Assembly (NCBI RefSeq): GCF_009914755.1
Contig: NC_060935.1
Direction: 5' to 3' (one strand)
DNA: 64,000 nucleotides
Source of the DNA: the human T2T-CHM13v2.0 reference genome, Homo sapiens
In this document: piece by piece, positions 55,139-64,000 of the stretch
How positions within the stretch are numbered: position 1 is the stretch's first letter
Layout of the letters: each line of letters starts with the position of its first letter
Position numbers and translations under genes: made by a program
The notes under the pieces: model-generated
What the model was told of the DNA's origin: nothing
The model's database searches: none
The model's input: only the letters and a program-made list of their open reading frames with translations

Positions 55139-56749
55139 TGGCTAGTGGATTTAGCAGTGCTGTGCTCGCTCAGTAAAAAGTCATCGATGGCCTGTGGCTC
55201 AAGCTCCCAATTTAATCCCATTGTCACAGGTTGAACGACACATCCCAGTTTGCCTGGGACTCTCCTGGTTTTATCCATGTGAGTTCTGGGGAAGTCGATG
55301 GCTCTAATTCCAGACCTCTCTTCCAAGCCTACCTGCCTTAAAGGAGCTCGCCTCCCATTTCAATTGTGAATTGGCCACATTCCCGGTCAGAGACAGCTCT
55401 TTGCAACATTCTAAGGTTTGCCTTCTATTGTCCTTCTCCTCCCTCTGCTGACTCCTTTTCTCCCGCTGTGATCCTCTCTCCCACTCCTCCAGGCCCGGCT
55501 GAATCTACCCCTTCCTTACCCTGCTCTGAGCTCCTGGGGTATACCTGTTCTTGGTGCTTAGCAGAGACTGTCTGGTGTGATTGGCTCTCAGAGAACACTG
55601 TACACATCTTACAAAACAAGACCGTACACTCCCAGAGGATGAGCACCATGTCTGATCTTTCCTTGTATCCCCATGGTGCATTGCGCACAGTGGTTGTTGA
55701 CCCTTGGAAGGTAGGGACTCTTGCTGTTGCTGCTGTAGTCCCAGAACCCAGCATCGTGCTGAGCACAGGGCTTGTGTCCATTACGTGTTCATTACATGTT
55801 ACTCCTAGAAAGGAGTGAGTCAGAAGATGCTCCATACATATTTTAATCATGGATCCTTTTTGAGGTCTGAGTTCTTGGCATTTATTTTGTATCCATTCTG
55901 TGTCTATTTTGCTTATGTGTGTGGTACATAGTGGGGCTGGACATTCTTTTTAATGAAAGTGTATTGTTGGGTGTGGAGTCCCTTCCGGGGAGGTGGGTGG
56001 GGAGCGGGGGAGAGCTGGTGAAAGGCCAAGTCTGAACCCAGGCCCAGGTGGGCTCTTTCCCCACAACCATGTTCTTCATGCAGCACATTCCTCAGTGTCT
56101 AGCAGGCCAGGCAGGCAGCTTCTTGATCACGGAGGGCAAAGATACTTTTGGCATTTCTGCATACTTTGTGGCCTCTGTTTCTGAATTCATAATTGTAACT
56201 CTGTATTTTATTACATCCAAGTAAAAATTCATTTCAAAGCCATCAGGTGACTCTCTTGCTAGGGGTGGAGCTAGGATAAGCAGAGACTGGGTTATAACCC
56301 TTTCAGCCCAAATATTCTATCTCTCTAAGTAGCCCCTGTTTTTAAATATGTCTTCCCGCTTCTCTCTCATGCCACGCCTTGCCCTAAACATATACTGCAG
56401 CCCAATCTCGACTTCCCCAGACTGTGTTAAATTAAATCACTGCACATTTATTGGGCACTTAAAATCTACAAGATACTTAAAAAGATGAAAATACACATGT
56501 AACCTAACCCCTAACTTCCATCTTCAAGGACTTTACCCTCTAAATGGAAAGGCAATTTATGAAAAGAAAAGTAACAATAAAAGTTAAATAATAATGAAGA
56601 TTACAATGCAGGAGACATCACCTGATGGAACAGGATTAATTAATCACTGAATGAGTGGCACAGATTCTATGTGCTAAGGGAATTCCAGGAAGAAAGAGAT
56701 GGCTGTGCACCGGGGTGATCTGGGATCTGAAATGACCGGGGCCTTGGTT

Positions 56750-59700
56750 GGGCTGGGATGGAGCTCAGCTCAGTGCATATTTATGGGGCACTCACTGTGT
56801 TCCAGGCACTGTGTCATACTCTGCAGGCGCACAGACAAAGGAGACAGAGTCCCCACCCTCGAGGAGCCTACTGTCTAGTGGGCGGTGGGGGGGAGAACCG
56901 AGAAGGAAACTTCAAGGGCAAGGGCTGTGGGCACACTGGAGAGGGATTGTAGGCTCGGACTGATGCTGTTCAGGAGGTTGGCAGGAACCAGCCCTGGTGC
57001 CGTCTAACCTGACTTGAGCAGAGAGTAGTTAGGTCAAAATGTAGAGGAGGGGGTGTTAGGTAGAAAGATTACTCTGCACAAATGCGTGGAGGCATGAACC
57101 AGCGTGGTGTGTGTGCAAAAAGTAAGCAGGTCAGGATTCTGGTCCAAGGAGTGGCAAGAGATGAGTGGGAAAGCAGGCAGGGCCAGGTCACAGACAGCCT
57201 CAAATGCCTTGCTAAGGAGCGTAGAGTTCTTATCTAACCAGTGGGGTCCCCTGAAGAGGCAGCATGAAATAGCGGCTGAGAAGCAGCCAGGTGCCCTGCT
57301 TTGCTACTTGCGAGCTGGTGATCTTGAGCGAAAAACGTCATCTCTTGGTGCCTCAATTTCCTAATCTGTTAAGAGGGCGAAATCATAGTACTTACCTCAT
57401 TGAGATGTTGTGAGGACTGAGTGAGCTAATCAGCATAACAAGCTAACAGACGTCTTGGAGCAAAGACAGCGCTCAGTAAACTGCAGCCAGCATTAGCATG
57501 AAGGGATTTCAGGTGAGTGACTTAGACAGGTTGTGTTTTAGAAGGATCACGTTGGCAGTATAAGAAGGCTGGATGAACGTGGGCAAGACCAGGAAACCAG
57601 TTAGAGACCTCCTGTAGTACAGCAGGCAAGTGAGCCTGAGGGCCTGGGCTGAGGGGTGGTGCTGTGAGAGAGGGAGGGGCTGGGTTCCAGAACTAGGTAG
57701 AAGGAAAAATCTTCAGGTGGCGGGGGGTGAGGGGGTGGGGGACTGATCTGTATGTGGGAGAGTAAGAGAAAGGAGGGACTCCAGGGAGACTTCCAAGTTT
57801 TGACCTCATTCTAGGGGGGTGGTGGTTCAACAACTGCCACAGGAAACATAAGAGGAAAAATAGGTCTTCTGGAAGATAGATTCTTCTTCTCTCTCTCTCT
57901 TTCCCTTCCTTCCACCCTCCCTCCTCCCTTCCTTTCCTCCCTTCTTTGTTTTTCCTTTTTTCTTTTTCTGTCTTCTTTTCATCTTGAGTTCCAACATCTA
58001 TGGAACATATAGCTGGAGACGTCTAGCAGGAAATTGAATACACACATTCAAGAATATGGCTGGAGACAGAAATGTGAGTGCCGTTAGCCCATGACGGGTG
58101 TATAAGCTCTCCCAGGGAGCATGTGCAGAGCGGGAGGAGCAGTGGACAAAAGCAGAATCCAGAGGAAAACTGTGTTTAAAACATGATGCGAGAGAAACCA
58201 CAAGAGACACAGAGAGGGTAGGAGAGTTAGGAGGAGAATCAGGAAAGGGTGGCATTACTGAACCAAAGTAGTAGAAAGCTTGGTGATGAGGATGAGAGTC
58301 AGCTGAAACAAGGACCAAAATATCCAGTAAGGGAAAGAATAAGAGAGTATTCCTTCGCTTGTCGGCATGAAAGCTACTGGCACCTGGGGAGAGAGGTTTT
58401 AGTGGCAAGTCAGGGTGGAAGAGATTGGAGACGGGTATGGGTGGTTGGGAGGTGAGGAAGAGATGGGAATAAGCATGTCGGGGGCATGGCTGGCTGTGCC
58501 AAATGACTCTTGAATGGAGGAGGAGGCCTCTGGTTGTCAGCCATCAGTAAGCAAAGCTTACCTGTGGTCCTTGGATTGAAAACTGCCAGGGAGACTTAAT
58601 TTAGTCATCCATTTTTTTAATTCAACAAATATTGATTGCATCACTACTGTGGATTTTAAAATGCACTGAATGGAATTCTGTAATGAATGTGTCTAATAGA
58701 GGAGATAGGACAAATGTAAGTAGCTGTAATGCAAAGATGAAAGGTATCTTAGGCAACATGCTATGAGTTTGGATGAGGAAACATTACTTCTCCCTGGGGT
58801 GACCAGGGGATGATTCATGGATGAGAATCACTTTTGAGCTGGGCTTGAAGGAGGAGTAGAGTTCTAATAGGCATCAGTGGAAAACAGGCATTCCAGCAGA
58901 TAGAAGGGATATGCAAAGGTCCTGAGGCAGGTAAATTTGGAGCATAGTCATGGGACCTGAAATACACTCATTTACTGGGAGTGTGGCCACAGAACCGAGG
59001 TAGATTGTAAGTTGAACCTGGAAAGTTAGATTGGGACCATGTCTTGGGAGGTTTTCTATGCCAGCTGAGGGAATTTGCACTTTTCTATAGCCCACAAGGA
59101 GCCATTGCAAGTTTTTGATATAAGGAGTAACAAGAGAAGACTTTGCACTAGAAAAAATCTTGCAGACACTAATGTGTAAGGCAGATCAGAGCAGACAGGA
59201 GTGAGTTAGGAGACTAATGTGATGGTCTGGGAGTGAGAAGTAATGAAGGATTTAGCAAGCATGTTGGTAATGGGACAGGAGAAAGTGAATATGAGAGACG
59301 TATGTGGAAATTGGGCCAGTTAGGGCTTAAAATGTGCCTGTGTGGGAATGTGTGGGGTCTGGGTTGTTTTCAGGTTAAGGTGAGAGGTAGAAGAGAGTTT
59401 GAATGGTCATGAGGGATAAATCAATAAGAATTCCAAGATTCATACAGCTTGGGTGGTTGGAAGAAAAGGGTACCATTAACAGAAATAGTAAAGACTCAAA
59501 GATGAGCAGGTTCAGGGAGCGAGAGGGGACGTGTGCTGCATTCTGTGGATGTGTTGAGTGAAGGAGGGCTGTGACTGAGAAATGGCCACTTCTTGGGTGG
59601 ATGGGAGTACTTGGCCACCTCAATGGCAGCTGCACTGGAGTTGTGGGGCCAGTATCCGGGTTTCAGGGTCTCAGGAGAGAATGGGAAGTGAGGAAGTGGC

Positions 59701-59760
59701 AGCTGTGAGCGCAAATCGCTCTTTCACAAGTTTGGTGGTGAAAGGGAAGAGAGAGATGGG
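56750..59760 (-). mobile_element. Cluster of L2 fragments with an inserted MIR (~57255-57495)
   Basis: Multiple L2 motifs (ttcaacaaatattgatt, tttgagctgggcttgaagga, aggagccattgcaagttttt); boundaries approximate. Confidence 0.6.
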
Positions 59761-61318
59761 AGGAATATAATTCCAGAGGGCTAAGAAAATAATTTAAAAA
59801 TTACATAATTCTTTAAATCCATCTTATGAATTACAAAGCACTTCAAATCTCTTGCCTTACCTAGTCCTCACAACACTTAAGGGAGTCAGGGTGGGGAGAC
59901 TTTAAATCCACTTTACAGGTGAAGAAGCAAAGTCTCTGAAACAGGCAGGGCCAAGAAGTGTCACAGGTGAGATCCTGTATGCTGGGCCAGTGTTCTTTCC
60001 ACTTCAGTATAATGCCTATGGGTCTGGGTAGATTTTGCATGTTGTAGATCAAGGCTGGTAGCCCAAGTAGGAGGTTGAAGGTACACACACATACACATGT
60101 GCGCGCACACACACTCACAATTGATGGGCATCACTATGGGATGGAGGGTCAGAGACCAGGTGGGGTCAGCTTGGGAAGGAGAAGGAGGGTTCTGCTTTTG
60201 GGGTAGTAGGAAAGAAGAGGAAGGTTAAAGACATAGCATGCTCAGGAAGAAGGAAAGAAAATTAGGAAAACTCAGAAGGCACAGAACCAATGGCTACAGA
60301 AAACACAAATGAAAAAGTTGGAGAACATTCATAAAGCAACATGCTAACACACAGTAATAGATGGGGCAGGCTGGAGGGGGAGGAGGATGACGACAAGGGA
60401 GGGCTGCAAGATATAGATCAGAGCCATCTTTGTTGTGGAAAAACAAATAAAGAGGCAAAAGGGCGCCTCTCCCAAGGCCCTGAAAATAGAAACGTCAAAA
60501 GCAGGAGGGAGTCATGTCCTGTGCCACCCTTATACCCACCCTGGTGTCATTCTTCACTCCCACCCTCACCTCCACCTGGTCTCTGCTGCAGTTCTGGGCT
60601 GGTATTGCTCTTGTTTTATCACTGGTTCCAGAAGAAAGACCAGATCAGCACATGCTCGAGGTCAGAGGTGGCCCAGGATGCATGCTGACCATCACTGGAG
60701 GTGAAGCAAGGTAGTGGGGGTGTGGGGGACTGAGCCCTGGACAGGTCATCTCTCTGGCAGCAGGAGAATGAAGCTATGCCGTAAAGGTTCTGCCAACCTC
60801 TGGCTGGAGAATAGAAGGACAGCTTCTTGTGCAGAAAGAGGATCCCACAGAGGTGACCTTTCCCTCTGAATCCTTTGATCTGGGAGTCCTGAAGAGTCCA
60901 TCCCATGGGCCAGTGGTTCTTAGGAACTTATTGGCAGTCCTGAATTTTGCTCTTTGTGTCGGAGGGAGTCTGGCTAAAACCAAAGCCTCACTGACTGGAA
61001 TTCCAGGAATCTGCCCTTCTCTCTTTGGGGATGTCATCTCGCCCTTTAGGGAAGGAGCCCATGCTTTTCTTCTGAGTCCAAAGCCTGCATTCAGGGCACA
61101 GGAAGGCAATGATGCCTTGAAGCTTCCTGCTCTTCCCTCTGCTGTGGGCACAAATGTGGATGCAGGTGCAGTGTTGGATGAGTGTGCATGGGGTGCAGCA
61201 CAGCGAGGCCCTCCCTTCACTGCCTGTGGGAAGATGTGAAGAAGGTGCTCCCTCTGAGAAAACTCCGTGGTCTTTGGTTCAGAGTTTTCAGGGTCTCTGG
61301 CTATGGCTGCATTCACTT

Positions 61319-61428
61319 AGGGAGGTCAACTGTTTCTGTTCACCTGGGACTGAGGGGTTTCCTGGAACACAGGAATTTAGTGCTAAAACCCGGAAAGTTT
61401 CAGACACACCAAGACGAGTTGTCACCCT
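61319..61428. mobile_element. hAT-Blackjack MITE (MER81-like)
   Basis: aggg...caactgt...cctgggactgaggggtttcctgga...gtgctaaaaccc...gagttgtcaccct. Confidence 0.7.
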
Positions 61429-62019
61429 CACTGTCCCGCCTCCTACTTCTGGGAAAGTGCAGAGTTCAGGATCTTCAAATTCCACTGGGCAGAGTGTGAA
61501 TTTTCTTCTGGAGTGATGTGTCCTTTACAGGGGTAAAAGGATAAACTGCACTGGGGCGTCCTGTTGTGTAGAAGTGGCTTCCGGATCTGGGTTGAAACCT
61601 CCTTTCTATATGTGCAAGTTTGAGTGAGTTACTTTATATTTCTGGGCCTCAGTGTCCTTATCCATAACATGTGAATAATAATGTTAATCTTGAACGAAGG
61701 TTGTGTATGGAATGAATGAGACGATGCTTGTCGGTCAGGTGCCTAGCACAGTGCACAGCACTTAGAGAAGACAGTGAACGTCAGTTCCCCGATTCCTCCC
61801 TCTCCTTCCTTGCACTGGAGTAATTCCCATTCTGCAGATGGAGAGGGTGAGGCTGGTAAGCAGGGATAGTTTCCTCTGGGTCAAAATGACAGTCAGAAGC
61901 AGAGACCCCTCACAGACTTCTCACTCCCAACTGCAGCTTCCTACTTCGGAGTAGGCAAGGGTTTCTCAATCTGGAACATTACCTGGAAGAGAGAGAAGGA
62001 TGTATTTTTATGTATTCCT

Positions 62020-62310
62020 TTATTTGTTCAGTCATTCATTCTACAAATATTTACTGAGTACCTACTATGTATCAGGCACTGTTCTGGGTGCTGAGAATAC
62101 AACTGTTGACAACACATGTAAATATTCTGCCCTCATAAATTTTAGATCCTGGTTGGAGACATATAATAAACATCTATATAATACAATGTAAACTAGTAAT
62201 AATTGCTTTGAAGGGAAAACAAAGCAGGTCTCTGGCAGAGAGCGACTGGGGCCTGGGCATTATTCTATTGGGGTGGTCAGGGAAGGCCTTTCTGAGCTGA
62301 GCCCTGGAAG
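62020..62310 (-). mobile_element. L2 3' fragment
   Basis: cattcattctacaaatatttactgagtacctactatgtatcaggcactgttctgggtgctg. Confidence 0.8.
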
Positions 62311-63145
62311 AATGTGGCCTTGGTCTTCTGGGCCTGCCCTCCTGGCCCCTGCAGCTTCCAGCTCAGGCCCAGCTGCCCAGGGTGGAGCCGGCTGCTCGGG
62401 AGAGAGCTGGTGCCTGCTTTGGGCTGCAGGGGGAGGTGGGAATGCAGCTGTTTTTATCAGTTGTCCTTCCTTGGTGCTGACTCCTCTGCTGATCTGAGCT
62501 TTGGGAATGGGGGAGGAAGCCAAGCTGGAGAATCAGTATTGAGGGTCAGATTGCAGATGACAATGATGTAAACAGGCTGCCCTGCCCTACTTGGAGACAC
62601 ACTACATGTGGGGACAAGTCACGATGTATTTGGTTTCCTATATGGCTCTATTTCTTTGGCATTGCCTTTTCCTTTAAGAAAAAAAATACACCTCTGTTTG
62701 GATTGTATGCTAAATGATTTATGAACATTATTCTTCTCTGTTCTACCTGTAAGAGCTCCAGCCCTCGCAATCCTTTTCATGTTGATTAAGTACATTTGAA
62801 AGCAAGAGGAGACTGTCTGAAATTGCTCACAATATAGACTCACGGCTTCTCTGGACCCAGGAGGGATTCCTCATCTTCCCTTTGAAAGAGTTCCTTTGCA
62901 GCTGGTTAAGCAGGAGATCAGTCTAGAAACATGTAACCAGTCTTATGTGTGCTGAACGAGGTAGAGGGGAGCATTCTTTCTGGAGCTGGTAATGGTGGAT
63001 TTGAGATCCTGGAAATCTCCGGGCAGGAGTGTCCTCCAGGACTAATCCTTCTGGTCCTCTTCCCACCCAGGTGTGGTTATACCTGACATTGTATCTGATG
63101 TGGCCCCGACAGGTCAACACTGGACAGAAGAATAGGAGGGGATTC

Positions 63146-63258
63146 TTTTTTTTTTTTTTTTTTTTTTTGAGACAGAGTCTTGCTCTGTTGCCCAGGGTGG
63201 AGTGCAGCGGCGTGATCACGGCTCACTGCAACCTCCGCCTCCCGGGTTCAAGCGATTC
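63146..63258 (-). mobile_element. Severely 5'-truncated Alu (~90 bp of right arm plus 23-nt tail)
   Basis: Perfect 15-bp TSD taggaggggattctt (63133-63147 / 63259-63273). Confidence 0.93.
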
Positions 63259-64000
63259 TAGGAGGGGATTCTTAAAGAGCCTGTCAGAGCTCGGTGTTGC
63301 CAGGGGACTACACTGAACAGAGAGGGAAGAGAGGAGAGGGAAAAGGAACTTCACAGCTGGGCTTTTTATATCCCTGGGCTGATAGGTGGTTCCTGTGGAG
63401 AGGAGGCAGGATCCATGATCCATAGAGCCAGCCCCCAAGCTGGAGGTCCTCTTGACCGGTTCTACAGTTAGGACCAATGGCCTTCCCTAGTTGCTCCCAC
63501 ATCCTTTGTTTATTTGTTTGGTGGAGATCCTGTAGGTAGATGGCAATTAAGGGTCTAGGCTCAGAACTCACTTTGACTTGGCCCAGGTCAACCTGGGAAG
63601 TAAGACTTCAACGGGTTCCATGTCTACCCCATATGTAGGCTCTTGCACCACCATCTGACCCAGAGCTCTCTTCCCTAGATCTTTGGGTCAGAGATGAAAT
63701 AGGACAATTTTCCCTGAACTCCTAGCCTCACCACTGAAATTATGTGAAGTTGTCCTCTCTCTCGGCCTCCTTGGGCCACAGGCACTCCTCTGAGATGCCT
63801 TCAGCCCCCTGTCTTCTAAATCCAGGCTCTAGAATTTTATTCTCCCCCATCTTCAAAATGCTATCATCCTTTGTGGCGTCCCTTTGTGTCTAAGCCCCAA
63901 GTTTCTTCACATCTGCCACCTCTTCCTGCCCTTTGTAGAGAGTGTGGAGCTCACATCTGCATCAGACATTAGACAAGCCTTGGCTCTCATCTTACCTTTG

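Overview
Human (primate) genomic DNA with no supportable protein-coding exon. The centre of the window is a strong CpG-island promoter (~15.0-18.3 kb) with a short non-coding first exon ending at a consensus donor (CAG|GTAAGC, 15444/15445). A very large + strand first intron follows and appears to run past the window end. I recall this exon-1 sequence as the 5' end of PKNOX2 (PREP2, TALE homeobox gene, 11q24); that is recall only and needs BLAT confirmation. The rest is intergenic or intronic: 10 Alus (including a human-specific AluYb8-type copy and a tiny truncated Alu with a perfect TSD), L1/HAL1, L2, MIR, an MLT1 LTR, hAT MITEs and microsatellites. Main finding: a perfect PBX-PREP decamer (TGAATGACAG) and a CCAAT box 11 bp apart straddle the exon-1 splice donor, a candidate TALE/NF-Y autoregulatory switch. 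Other findings: a ~1 kb TGTGAC-rich array with a hidden ~270-bp higher-order period, opposing GGC/CCG tracts with an ATG-initiated polyAla ORF, and GGAA microsatellites. The six-frame ORFs are judged spurious. Coordinates of old repeats are approximate.
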